DNA of 64,000 bases from an uncultured Cytophagales bacterium (GCA_963711495.1 CAVQEK010000007.1:94970-158969), one strand, 5' to 3'; positions 44,108 to 53,585 are shown, counted from the stretch's first letter. Notes: generated by a model not told the origin, from the sequence alone. Numbers and translations are program-made.

Positions 44108-46288
44108 ATGATTGAGAACAGGTACTTAAAATCGTCGGGCGTCACTGCTCTGCTCACTTTTTTTATCCTGACATTTGCCGCCATTTCTCAATCCGGAGCC
44201 ACTGCACTTTATCAGCATGGGCTATATGTGGTCCCTTACCCACGACAGGTGGTTATTGAAGGGGAAAATTTCACCATAGACCATGATGTGGTCATTGTGA
44301 TCGATCAGGGTGCATCTTCCGACGATCAATTTGCCGCTGAGGAGCTTTCCAGAGACTTACGCTCGGAATACGGTATCAATGCAACCGTGGACGCAAAAAT
44401 TTCTCCGGGATGCATTGTACTGACACGCAAAGATGCCGACAAGAAAATCGGTGAGCAGGGTTATCAGCTTTTGAGCGCTCCCGGTCAATTAATAATCAAG
44501 GCCAATGGCGCTTCCGGATTGTTTTACGGCACGCAAACACTCCTCCAACTGATAAAAAAAGAGGAAAAAGGATATTTTGTCCTCGGCATGGAGATCACCG
44601 ACTGGCCGGATGTAAAAGAGCGTGCCATGCATTACGATACAAAACATCATCAGGATAAAGAATCCTACGTAAAGCATTTCATCCGTGATCTGGCGCGATA
44701 CAAGGTCAATATGCTGGTTTGGGAATGGGAAGACAAACTGGCATATCCCAGTCATCCCGAGATCGGAGCCCCGGGAGCATTTACCGTGGAACAAATGAAG
44801 GAGTTTACGCGGTATGCGCGAAAATACCACATACAGCTTGTTCCCCTGGTGCAAGGCCTCGGACATGTCAGTTTTATTCTAAAATGGCCCCAATATGCTC
44901 ATTTAAGGGAAGTTGCGTCTTCCAACTGGGAATTCTGTCCGCTTAAAGATGGCTCCTACGACCTGCTTTTTGACCTGTGGGAAGATGCCATCAAGGCCAC
45001 GCCCGGTTCAAACTATATCCATATAGGAAGTGACGAAACCTTTGAACTGGCGTCGTGTGATGCCTGCAAGGCTAAGGCCGACCAGATCGGCACCAGTGGC
45101 TTATATCATTTATTCGTCAGCAAAGCAGCCAAACACCTGAAAGCACTGGACAGAGAGGTGATGGTATGGGAAAGGCCGATGGGCTGGAAAATGAGTTCTT
45201 CACCGGCTGTAGGTATAAAACCGGAAAGCGGGCTGATGCTCACGGAAAGTTACGGGTATGAAGAACCTGATTTTCACTATGCGAAAGAAGCAAAGGCATT
45301 GGGATACAAGGTGTTTGCCTACGATCCAAATCCCGGGATCGAACAGTTGTTTTTGCCATATTTTTACAGAGAAAAGAACGACCAGAAAATAATGGGGAGC
45401 CTTGAAAATTCCTACCAATTCGTATCTTCTGCTACAATATCAGGCGTATTTGACGGTGTGATCAATACCTCCTGGGATGACGCAGGACTGAACAATCAGG
45501 TTTGGATGCTGAGCTTTGTCACGTCAGCAGCTTTTTCCTGGAACGGGCGCAAACCGGACCTTGATGAGTTTACAGACTCTTTTTTCAAAAGCTACTACGG
45601 TCCGAACTCCATGAACATGAAAGAGCTGTTTTACTTGTTGAATGAGGGGGCTTATTATTATATGTCAACTTTTGAAAGGAATGTCTGGCATTATGGCGAC
45701 GTGGGAAAGACCCATTTGCCTGACTTGCCGCGAGGCGATGCCATGGAATATGACCCGTACTGGAACCGGGAATACCACGACATACTAGAAAAGTCGGAAG
45801 AGATCGACGACAAGATGCGGCGTGCTTCCAGCATCATAGCAGACAACCTCAAATCCGGCGTCAAAAATTCTTATGATTTCGAAGTGTTTGAAACCATTGT
45901 GGATATGATCAGGCATACCGCACATACCTACAGCGATCTATCGGAATTGGAGCATCTGATCACAAAAGCCCATCAAAATCATTTCGTTGATCATGCGACG
46001 GCGTATGATTATCTCAACCAGGCAGCCGACCTCATTGAGCACAGCCTTGTGCGAAGAAAACAAGTCTTCGACAATTTGGTGACCGTATGGGAAAAAACAC
46101 GCCTGCCGAAAGGGATGTCCACTGATGAAAAGCAGTACTTTTTCCAGCAGGACCGGGCACGGCATTTTGCCAATCGCCGCCCCGACATGACCTATCTGAT
46201 CTACGACGAGCAACTGCTCGATCTTGAAGGTTACCTGGAAAAACTCAGGGATTATATGAAATATTATCAAAAAACTTACCTGGATTAA
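44108..46288 (+). CDS. GH20-like glycoside hydrolase (beta-N-acetylhexosaminidase-family architecture) with a helical C-terminal domain
   Basis: 726-aa ORF with a signal peptide. The GH20b-like N-domain reads LYVVPYPRQVVIEGENFTI. The catalytic barrel pattern reads ITDWPDVKERAMHYDTKHH...YKVNMLVWEWEDKL...QLVPLVQGLGH, with an IHIGSDE acid pair. Confidence 0.6.
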   Translation: MIENRYLKSSGVTALLTFFILTFAAISQSGATALYQHGLYVVPYPRQVVIEGENFTIDHDVVIVIDQGASSDDQFAAEELSRDLRSEYGINATVDAKISPGCIVLTRKDADKKIGEQGYQLLSAPGQLIIKANGASGLFYGTQTLLQLIKKEEKGYFVLGMEITDWPDVKERAMHYDTKHHQDKESYVKHFIRDLARYKVNMLVWEWEDKLAYPSHPEIGAPGAFTVEQMKEFTRYARKYHIQLVPLVQGLGHVSFILKWPQYAHLREVASSNWEFCPLKDGSYDLLFDLWEDAIKATPGSNYIHIGSDETFELASCDACKAKADQIGTSGLYHLFVSKAAKHLKALDREVMVWERPMGWKMSSSPAVGIKPESGLMLTESYGYEEPDFHYAKEAKALGYKVFAYDPNPGIEQLFLPYFYREKNDQKIMGSLENSYQFVSSATISGVFDGVINTSWDDAGLNNQVWMLSFVTSAAFSWNGRKPDLDEFTDSFFKSYYGPNSMNMKELFYLLNEGAYYYMSTFERNVWHYGDVGKTHLPDLPRGDAMEYDPYWNREYHDILEKSEEIDDKMRRASSIIADNLKSGVKNSYDFEVFETIVDMIRHTAHTYSDLSELEHLITKAHQNHFVDHATAYDYLNQAADLIEHSLVRRKQVFDNLVTVWEKTRLPKGMSTDEKQYFFQQDRARHFANRRPDMTYLIYDEQLLDLEGYLEKLRDYMKYYQKTYLD

Positions 46289-46299
46289 TCAAAACACAA

Positions 46300-48525
46300 A
46301 TGGGTTCAACTGGTGCAGGAAGAATATTGCGAAAAAACATTTCAATAGTGATTTTGATGCACCTGCTGATCTTTGGATCATCATGCAAACACAATGTAAC
46401 CGAGAATAAGTCGCAATCAGTTGTCAAGGCCGCTTTTCATTGGGAATATGCAAGCCCTGAAAGTCAGGGGATGTCGTCGGCAAAACTTGACCATATGGCA
46501 AACGTGCTAGCCGGCAAAGGCACGAAAAAACTGTTAATTATAAAGAACGACAAAATTATCTATCAGTGGTTTGCCAACAGATGGGAAGACTCGGCAAGGA
46601 CACACTATACCGCATCCCTGGCAAAGGCTATTGTTGCCGGAATGTCATTATTGGCGGCACTGGACAATGGTTATATTCATCTCGACGAACCGGCCTGCAA
46701 TTACATCCCTTCCTGGAAAACAGACAACAAAAGATCGAAGATCACCATCAGGCAACTGGCCACACATACCTCAGGACTCAGCGATGCGGAGGGCAGTCCC
46801 GAGGAATTGATCGCCATCGAATCCAAGGGGCTTCACCGGCATTTTGACCTTCCAGGCTGGAGGGGGCAATTCTGGAGAAAGGAGCCCGATCCATTTTCCG
46901 TTGCAAGGGACAGCACGCCGGTAGTCTTCACACCAGGAGAAAAATATGCCTACAGTAATCCGGGTATCGCCATGCTCACTTATGCCGTAACTGCGTCTCT
47001 GAAAAATTCAAAATACAACGATATACGAAGCTATTTAAAAGAGCAGATCTACGCTCCCATTGGGTTAGAAGAAAAAACATACACGATGGGATACGGGAAA
47101 ACCTACGAGGTTGACGGATTAAAATTAGTGCCGAGTTGGGGTGGCGGCAACTACACCGCCAAAGCCATCGCCCGGATCGGCCTGCTGATGCTTCACAAAG
47201 GTAATTGGCAGGGGAAACAGCTCATCGATTCAGCGACGATCGCAAAAGTAACCGAATATGGGGGCACCGCGTTACCATCCGCGATTTCGGAAAGTGCCGA
47301 ACCGGAGGACGATACCCGAACCGCCAACAATCCCATACCGATCACAACTGCCGGATGGTATACCAACCGGGACGGCGTATGGAACAATGTGCCGCGGGAT
47401 GCCTTTGCCGGTGGTGGTGCCGGTAACCAGCATTTGTTGGTCATTCCAAGCTTAAACATGGTCGTAGTGCGTATGGGCGACAATCTGTTTGATGCATCAA
47501 ATCATGAGGGATTTTGGTTTGGTGCGGAACAATACCTTTTCAATCCCATCATGGAAGCCATTGATGAACCGCCATATCCCAAGAGCAATATTTCTGCGGA
47601 GTTTGCCCCTAATGCCACCATCATACGCCTGGCCAGCGGCAGTGATAACTGGCCTGTGACCTGGGGAGATGATGACAACTTGTATACAGCCTACGGCGAT
47701 GGCAAGGGCTTTCCGCCCCACACTGACATCAAACTCAGTCTCGGCCTGGCCAAAATAACAGGAGACCCTCCTGCGCTTCAAGGAATCAATATCCGCACGC
47801 ACTCCGGGGAAAGGGTCGGAAAGGGAAAAAATGGGGTAAAGGCAAGCGGTATGCTGATGGTGGATGGGGTGCTGTATATGCTCGTTCGAAATAGCAACAA
47901 TGCCCGCCTGATGTGGTCGGACGATCACGGAAAGACCTGGGAACAGTCCGGTTGGAAATTCGACGTAAGTTTTGGATGCCCTACTTTTCTCAACTACGGG
48001 AAAAACTATCGGGGTTCTACGGACAATTATGTGTATATCTATTCTCAAGATGATGCCAGTGCGTATAAAAACAGCGACCAGTTTGTATTGGCAAGGGTTT
48101 TGAAAAACCAGATAAAGAACTGGCGTAAATATGAATATTTCGCTGGTTTTGCTGTTGATCATGAACCAAAATGGTCTGAAGATATTCGAAAGAGGGTACC
48201 GGTATTTTCCAATCCCGCAAAATGTTACCGGTCCGGGATCACTTATAACCAGGGATTGAAAAAATACCTCTGGTGCCAGACAATACAATTATCTTCATTC
48301 GAAGAACACTCCGATGCCAGATTCAAAGGCGGGGTAGGAATATTTGAATCTTTGACGCCCTGGGGCCCCTGGAAAACAATCTTTTACACCAGAGACTGGG
48401 ATGTCGGGCCGGGTGAAACGTCATCCATACCCGTCAAATGGATGAGTGATGATGGAAAAATATGTTATTTGCTGTTTTCAGGAGATGATGCTTTTTCAAT
48501 TCGAAAAGTGGTTTTCAAATTATGA
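46300..48525 (+). CDS. Fusion of a serine hydrolase (beta-lactamase / family VIII esterase fold) with a C-terminal Asp-box beta-propeller-like domain
   Basis: 741-aa ORF with a lipobox (IFGSSC). It has an SxxK motif (YTASLAKAIV) and YxN (YAYSNPG). The C-terminal half has WPVTWGDDDNLYTAYGDGKGF and a BNR/Asp-box, WSDDHGKTW. Confidence 0.65.
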   Translation: MGSTGAGRILRKNISIVILMHLLIFGSSCKHNVTENKSQSVVKAAFHWEYASPESQGMSSAKLDHMANVLAGKGTKKLLIIKNDKIIYQWFANRWEDSARTHYTASLAKAIVAGMSLLAALDNGYIHLDEPACNYIPSWKTDNKRSKITIRQLATHTSGLSDAEGSPEELIAIESKGLHRHFDLPGWRGQFWRKEPDPFSVARDSTPVVFTPGEKYAYSNPGIAMLTYAVTASLKNSKYNDIRSYLKEQIYAPIGLEEKTYTMGYGKTYEVDGLKLVPSWGGGNYTAKAIARIGLLMLHKGNWQGKQLIDSATIAKVTEYGGTALPSAISESAEPEDDTRTANNPIPITTAGWYTNRDGVWNNVPRDAFAGGGAGNQHLLVIPSLNMVVVRMGDNLFDASNHEGFWFGAEQYLFNPIMEAIDEPPYPKSNISAEFAPNATIIRLASGSDNWPVTWGDDDNLYTAYGDGKGFPPHTDIKLSLGLAKITGDPPALQGINIRTHSGERVGKGKNGVKASGMLMVDGVLYMLVRNSNNARLMWSDDHGKTWEQSGWKFDVSFGCPTFLNYGKNYRGSTDNYVYIYSQDDASAYKNSDQFVLARVLKNQIKNWRKYEYFAGFAVDHEPKWSEDIRKRVPVFSNPAKCYRSGITYNQGLKKYLWCQTIQLSSFEEHSDARFKGGVGIFESLTPWGPWKTIFYTRDWDVGPGETSSIPVKWMSDDGKICYLLFSGDDAFSIRKVVFKL

Positions 48526-48717
48526 CTTCGGTAAAGTGGTGAATACGATTATTTTAATTCCGCGAAACAACAAATGCAAAAAAACTTTCAAGGAACCGGT
48601 ACTGCATCTAGTTTCTGTAAAACAGCGGATAAACGATGATTGTGATGATAATCGCCTCAGGATTATATTTGAACTTGAAAGTAATTAGACATTAAACAAA
48701 AAAGTTACTCAAGAAAA

Positions 48718-49644
48718 GTGGAGTTCCCGAAGATATTAGCGGTTTGCCCGAATCCATCGATCGATATCCTGGCCACTATTGCCCAACTGGTGCCCGGAAA
48801 AGTGAATCGCATAATTGACGAAAAACACTTTCCTGGCGGGAAAGGCATCCATGTGGCACTGGCAGTTGCTGAAATTGCCGGCAGTGGCGACGTTCTCGGT
48901 ATTTGGGGTGGGCCCTCGGGAAGCTGGTTAAAAAAAGAATGCGAACAAAGAAATGTAATGTGCAGCGGCCCACTGGTAGCGGAATGGAACAGAAGCTGCT
49001 ATACTTTTAACTCCGAGCATCAGGGAGTCCATGATACTGAATTATTGAGTCCGGGACCAAATCTGTCCGAGTCTGAATTGAAGGGCTTTTACCTACAATT
49101 TGAAAAAATTTCGGCAGGATTTGAGATCATATGCTTGAGCGGGTCGTGGCCGCATGGCGCTCCATCCGGTGCGTATCATCAATTAATTAATTTAGCCAGC
49201 AACAAAAAAGTATTTTTGGACTGCTCCGGCGCGCTGTTACAGGAGGGCCTTAAAGCGCATCCGTATGGCATACATGTCAATTTAAATGAAGGCATTGCGC
49301 TTACAGGTGAGGACGACCCAGTCGCGATTGCAAGGGTGCTCGGGGAACAGTGCACCTGCGCCGCGATAACCGCCGGAAAGGACGGACTTTTCATGGCTTT
49401 CCAAGGTCATATCCTTCACGCCAATGTACACATCGATAAAGTAGTTGGCTCTTCGGTGGGCAGTGGTGATTGCCTGGTAGCAGGATTGGCCATTGCCACG
49501 TCAAGAGGTTATTCCCTGGAGGATACGGCCAAATTTGCCGTTGCGTGCGGAGCAGCCAATTGCCTGAATCCCGATCTGGGCATGCTGAAACGTGCAGATG
49601 TTGAAAAATTATTTGGTGAAGCCACAACAAGGACAATACAATAA
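48718..49644 (+). CDS. PfkB-family hexose-phosphate kinase (1-phosphofructokinase / tagatose-6-phosphate kinase type)
   Basis: 308-aa ORF with a GTG start. The N-terminal ILAVCPNPSIDI...VNRI...FPGGKGIHVA is typical of FruK/LacC, and the C-terminus has VGSGDCLVAGLA and GAANC. Confidence 0.75.
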   Translation: MEFPKILAVCPNPSIDILATIAQLVPGKVNRIIDEKHFPGGKGIHVALAVAEIAGSGDVLGIWGGPSGSWLKKECEQRNVMCSGPLVAEWNRSCYTFNSEHQGVHDTELLSPGPNLSESELKGFYLQFEKISAGFEIICLSGSWPHGAPSGAYHQLINLASNKKVFLDCSGALLQEGLKAHPYGIHVNLNEGIALTGEDDPVAIARVLGEQCTCAAITAGKDGLFMAFQGHILHANVHIDKVVGSSVGSGDCLVAGLAIATSRGYSLEDTAKFAVACGAANCLNPDLGMLKRADVEKLFGEATTRTIQ

Positions 49645-49717
49645 GCCCACGAGAATACTCCTGAGATTGCTATTGGTAAAGTTCCCGTCTGCAAAATATT
49701 TAAATGAGAGATGCAGG

Positions 49718-49722
49718 AATTA
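49718..49722. repeat. Target-site duplication AATTA (left copy)
   Basis: It immediately abuts the TGTG end of the IS. An identical pentamer at 51044-51048 abuts the other end. Confidence 0.65.
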
Positions 49723-49753
49723 TGTGTAATAGCTCCGACTTGATCTGACAGTT
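49723..49753. repeat. IS481 terminal inverted repeat (end proximal to the transposase stop)
   Basis: Matches the reverse complement of 51015-51043 apart from a 2-nt indel and a few mismatches. The inner 18 nt, CGACTTGATCTGACAGTT, match 17 of 18. Confidence 0.75.
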
Positions 49754-50961
49754 CAAGGTGTTGGTTTTGAGTTTTCTTTAGGTATACCACTCCCAAAATG
49801 GTGATAAGCAAGGGGCAAATAAAGCCCCTCGCCATTTCGGTCGGCAAGGTTATTCCTGGCAGGTTGGTCTCCACCAGAGCCTGCTTCCGCTTCACCTTGC
49901 GGTAATAAAGGTACGAAATTTTCATTCTGCCGATCCAACAATTTTTCTTTCGCCAGATGTAAGGATTCTTCCCAGGTTTGTATTGGTGTTTTCCCAAAGC
50001 AGTATTTGCCTGAATGGGGCCGGTCATGGTTGTATTGATCAATCCAAACATCCAGATCCTGCTGAAGTTCTTCAATATTGTGGTAGATCTTCTTTCTAAA
50101 AGCCACCGCATAGAATTCGTCTTGTATGGTACGATGGAAGCGCTCACAAATGCCGTTGGTTTGAGGACTTTTGGCTTTTGTCTTACTATGGTCTATATCC
50201 TCAATGGCCAAATAAAGCTGATATTCATGATGCTCCCTGGAGCCACAATATTCAGTGCCTCGATCAGTTAAAATTCGAAGTAACGGGATGTCATATTTTT
50301 CATAGAAAGGGATCACCCGATCGTTCAGTATATCTGCCGCTACTAATGCATTTTTCCTGTCATACAACTTAACATGGGCTGTTTTGGCATATGTATCGAT
50401 AAATGTCTGCTGATAAATCCTGCCAACGCCCTTAATGGTTCCAACATAATAGGTGTCCTGGGCACCCAGGTAGCCCGGATGAAGTGTCTCTATCTCGCCC
50501 TGGGCCCGCTTCTCTTCCTTAGCCTTTTCCATGGCGGTAATTTGAGATTCAGTCAGTATCAATCCTTCTTGGGCAACTTTAGCCTCCAGAGCTTTGAGTC
50601 GCTTTCTGAAGGTCTCCAGATCATGTCGCAGCCAAACACAGCGCACACCACAGGGAGATATGAATACCCCTTCTTTCTTAAGTTCATTGGAGGCTCTTAA
50701 TTGGCCATATGCAGGATATTCATATGCAATGGATACGACACGTTCTTCTATGGCTGGCTCAATGCGATTTTTGTGATTCGGTTGGCGGCGGCTAAGTTCA
50801 GCCAATGCCATCTCTCCGCCTTGATCGTACAACTCTTTGTAGCGGTAAAAGCTATCTCGACTATATCCAAATATTTTACAGGCTTGGGATACATTGCCTA
50901 ATTGTTCGGCTAAGTTGAGTAGTCCTAACTTAGTTTTGATTACTTTTGTCTCTGTATTCAT
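49753..50961 (-). CDS. IS481-family DDE transposase (rve integrase core)
   Basis: 402-aa ORF. The N-terminal HTH reads LGNVSQACKIFGYSRDSFYRYKELY. The rve core has WLGAQDTYYVG-type D, ILTDRGTEYCG and SPQTNGICERFHRTIQDEFY. The stop codon lies inside the left inverted repeat. Confidence 0.9.
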   Translation of the reverse strand: MNTETKVIKTKLGLLNLAEQLGNVSQACKIFGYSRDSFYRYKELYDQGGEMALAELSRRQPNHKNRIEPAIEERVVSIAYEYPAYGQLRASNELKKEGVFISPCGVRCVWLRHDLETFRKRLKALEAKVAQEGLILTESQITAMEKAKEEKRAQGEIETLHPGYLGAQDTYYVGTIKGVGRIYQQTFIDTYAKTAHVKLYDRKNALVAADILNDRVIPFYEKYDIPLLRILTDRGTEYCGSREHHEYQLYLAIEDIDHSKTKAKSPQTNGICERFHRTIQDEFYAVAFRKKIYHNIEELQQDLDVWIDQYNHDRPHSGKYCFGKTPIQTWEESLHLAKEKLLDRQNENFVPLLPQGEAEAGSGGDQPARNNLADRNGEGLYLPLAYHHFGSGIPKENSKPTP

Positions 50962-51014
50962 TTCTGACAGTTTATGGGGTTAATGATTAAATTCCTCATT
51001 TAAATTTAATCCCT

Positions 51015-51043
51015 AACTGTCAGATTAAGTCGTAACTACCACA
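51015..51043. repeat. IS481 terminal inverted repeat (end proximal to the transposase start)
   Basis: AACTGTCAGATTAAGTCGTAACTACCACA is the reverse complement partner of 49723-49753. Confidence 0.75.
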
Positions 51044-51048
51044 AATTA
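51044..51048. repeat. Target-site duplication AATTA (right copy)
   Basis: See 49718-49722. Confidence 0.65.
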
Positions 51049-51151
51049 TGCAACCGATAAAATATGTTGTCATTCTGGCAAAAATCTTTTATCAGCAGAT
51101 TCTCAATTCAAGTATTGCTTTTTATTAACACCACAATTACACTCTTTCCAA

Positions 51152-53356
51152 TCATAAAATGATCGTGATTTCATCATTCTTATTCAAGTCAATCACTTTA
51201 GTGACTTTCCCTGCAACTACTTTATACGGACTTTGAAATACAACTTTGCCTTCGTTATCTTCATATTCCATCAATTCCTCCGAAACCATTCCCGCTTCAT
51301 CTGTTTCCCTGTCGACGACTTCTTTTCCATCTTTGTTTTGGATACGGACATCAATCCCGGACAGCGGATCCCCATCAGAATTGACTATTTTAATCTTTAA
51401 TGTCCAATACACGGAAAAGTGATGATCCTGACCGGTGGCATCAATCTTAAATTCACTTCCTTTGACTTCGTTGGATCGGAACTCCACATTTTGGGCGACG
51501 CATTCTTCACAACCGTCATAACCCAACAAAAAAGTTTTGCCAGTTGCCTCGCCAAGCGGGATGATCGTATTGCCGGTCAGTTTCGAATTGGAAGCGCCAC
51601 CGTACATTGTGGCAATCCATGCCGCCGGAACATTGGTTGTAATTGTGTTGCCGTAAAACTGACCCCCAAAATATTTGGGACCACCGCAAATGTACAACGC
51701 TGCGGCCCTGACTTTCGAAGCTGTATCCACTTTATTCACGATAAACTCATTGTCATAGACATAATTTTCCCCACCTCTGGCGCTGTAAAATATCCCCCAG
51801 GCCATAGGAATATATTTCTCCGGTTTTGGATAATTTTTTGCTGTAATATAAATTTTATTGTCGTGTATTCTGTCGCCTACTGTTGCTTGTGGAGAACCGG
51901 GCACAGCATGGTAATCGCCCATGCGTATAGCGGCTGTACTATATTCCTCCCGCCCATATTCACAAGTTGGCGCCGATGTCTCAATTTTAAAAATATTATG
52001 GTCTACTTCTGTGTACCGTGAAACATAGATTCCTGATCCCTGCTTCGGCTCAAAGCGATTGTTGTATATCCTGGAACTTTCGCCTGTTCCCATGATGCTA
52101 TAATGGTTCGTTACCGTTTGGTTGTTTATGAAAAGATTATCATGGACCAGCGATTTTTTTGCTTTGATCGACAGGCAGCCTTCTCCTCCGTTAAATTCAC
52201 AGTTGGCTATTTCGGTCGGGTTTTCACCACGGATAACAACAGAACAAAAGCCAACATGGCGCTGAATTAGAAAGGGCATATTTACATCGAACCGGCAATT
52301 ACTGATGTCCGCATAGGGCACATACACCGCCCCGCAACTGATACCACTTGTCTTTATATTGACATTTTCAAGGATGACTTTTACGTCATTGGCTGAAGAT
52401 TGGATGCCCCATGACTGTATCCCTTCCACTCCACTTTCAATGGTACCGTTCTTTATGGTGATTGTTCCTTGGCCAACTACCTGTGGCAGCGAAGACTTCG
52501 GTTTTCCTGTGGCCATGCCTTCGGTATAGTCATAAAAAGCGGGGATTGTCGGCGGGCGTGTTTCCGCAATCACATGATCATAGTGCGCCAATGGTGTAGT
52601 TTTATCAATAATGCTAATGCCTACATCCATGGCAGGACGGATATCGATTTGGTCGACCAGGCAATCTGTATTAGCCTTCACGCGGACCCGGTATTTCCCG
52701 GCAGGCAAGCCTGTGAGGTGCGCATAAACAAAGCCTCCGCCCAATCGCGGACGTTTGTTTTCAACCGGGCATCCCTGTTTGGTGCCGTCACCATACCGGT
52801 TCATACATTTTACTTCGTTGCCCTTCTCATCTTCCACATACACACTCACCCGCATCTCGTCGTCAGGATACTTCTCCATATCATGATAATAGTGCCCGGT
52901 GATGCCGCACATGGCAAAATAAGACCGATTGGCCACTGGCAAATAAACATACGAAGATGTGATCTCATCGCCGGCTTGTAAACTCATTAACTTATCACCT
53001 AAGAACACATGCACGTCTGCGGTATTCATCACTTTGGCCCCGGGAGCTTGCGAGACGTCCCAATCTTTTAGCCCTTCTTCAAACCCGGAATTCGGAATTT
53101 GGCCGTAGCTCGCATCGGAATATTTAACGGTATAACCATTCAGATCCAGAATTATGTCTTTTCCCAGAAAAAGCGTGCTCTTGTCGCTTGTAATATCGTT
53201 GGTCAATACGTAAGTCGCGCCGGCTTTGGCATAACTGCCTGCCTTTTTTATCGCTATTTCATTCCCAGAAATTTTCCGGTGTTCCACAGGCCGGTACTGT
53301 GCAAAACACGTTGATTCAAAAATTACAATAGTAAGTAGTGAAATGTATATATTCAT
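51152..53356 (-). CDS. Secreted right-handed parallel beta-helix protein (pectate-lyase fold) with an inserted beta-sandwich and a C-terminal carboxypeptidase-regulatory-like domain; family-B copy 1
   Basis: 734-aa ORF with a signal peptide. Periodic beta-helix turns are visible: IKNGTIESG, NVNIKTSG, NCRFDV, NCEFNGGEGCL, VHDNLFIN, IYNNRFEP, VDHNIFKI, IHDNKIYI, VYDNEFIV, FYGNTITT, LTGNTIIP. The C-terminus reads IVNSDGDPLSGIDVRIQNKDGKEV. It is a colinear paralogue of 58250-60487. Confidence 0.7.
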   Translation of the reverse strand: MNIYISLLTIVIFESTCFAQYRPVEHRKISGNEIAIKKAGSYAKAGATYVLTNDITSDKSTLFLGKDIILDLNGYTVKYSDASYGQIPNSGFEEGLKDWDVSQAPGAKVMNTADVHVFLGDKLMSLQAGDEITSSYVYLPVANRSYFAMCGITGHYYHDMEKYPDDEMRVSVYVEDEKGNEVKCMNRYGDGTKQGCPVENKRPRLGGGFVYAHLTGLPAGKYRVRVKANTDCLVDQIDIRPAMDVGISIIDKTTPLAHYDHVIAETRPPTIPAFYDYTEGMATGKPKSSLPQVVGQGTITIKNGTIESGVEGIQSWGIQSSANDVKVILENVNIKTSGISCGAVYVPYADISNCRFDVNMPFLIQRHVGFCSVVIRGENPTEIANCEFNGGEGCLSIKAKKSLVHDNLFINNQTVTNHYSIMGTGESSRIYNNRFEPKQGSGIYVSRYTEVDHNIFKIETSAPTCEYGREEYSTAAIRMGDYHAVPGSPQATVGDRIHDNKIYITAKNYPKPEKYIPMAWGIFYSARGGENYVYDNEFIVNKVDTASKVRAAALYICGGPKYFGGQFYGNTITTNVPAAWIATMYGGASNSKLTGNTIIPLGEATGKTFLLGYDGCEECVAQNVEFRSNEVKGSEFKIDATGQDHHFSVYWTLKIKIVNSDGDPLSGIDVRIQNKDGKEVVDRETDEAGMVSEELMEYEDNEGKVVFQSPYKVVAGKVTKVIDLNKNDEITIIL

Positions 53357-53585
53357 TTGATTTTTATTGATTCAGTTTTTTTAAATAAAATATGCTTCTC
53401 GCGATAGCTCCCTTACGACGACTGATTGTGAAGCCGACAATCTTTATTTGAGGGAAAATAGGTCTATCAGTCACTGAAATCCCTATGTTCTTTTTTCCCA
53501 AACTGCCGGATCCATAATATTTCAGTTGCGTCTGCGCGTTACCTGTTAAGTCTTACCTGATAAATTTCGTCGCCGACTTGATGGA

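Larger units (their letters stand above)
49723..51043 (-). mobile_element. IS481-family insertion sequence, apparently intact (1321 bp)
   Basis: A single DDE transposase ORF is flanked by imperfect terminal inverted repeats starting TGTG. The left end is TGTGTAATAGCTCCGACTTGATCTGACAGTT; the reverse complement of the right end is TGTGGTAGTTACGACTTAATCTGACAGTT. Identical 5-bp direct repeats AATTA abut both ends. Confidence 0.8.

Noticed and set aside
47497-48288. 263-aa minus-strand ORF.
   Set aside because: It is antisense to the C-terminal propeller half of the 741-aa fusion protein, has no motifs and no plausible start context. It is a shadow ORF.
49509-50147. 212-aa minus-strand ORF spanning the IS481 end and the 3-prime end of the kinase gene.
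   Set aside because: It overlaps the transposase ORF in another frame and runs across the IS boundary into the kinase gene. It cannot be a unit of either.
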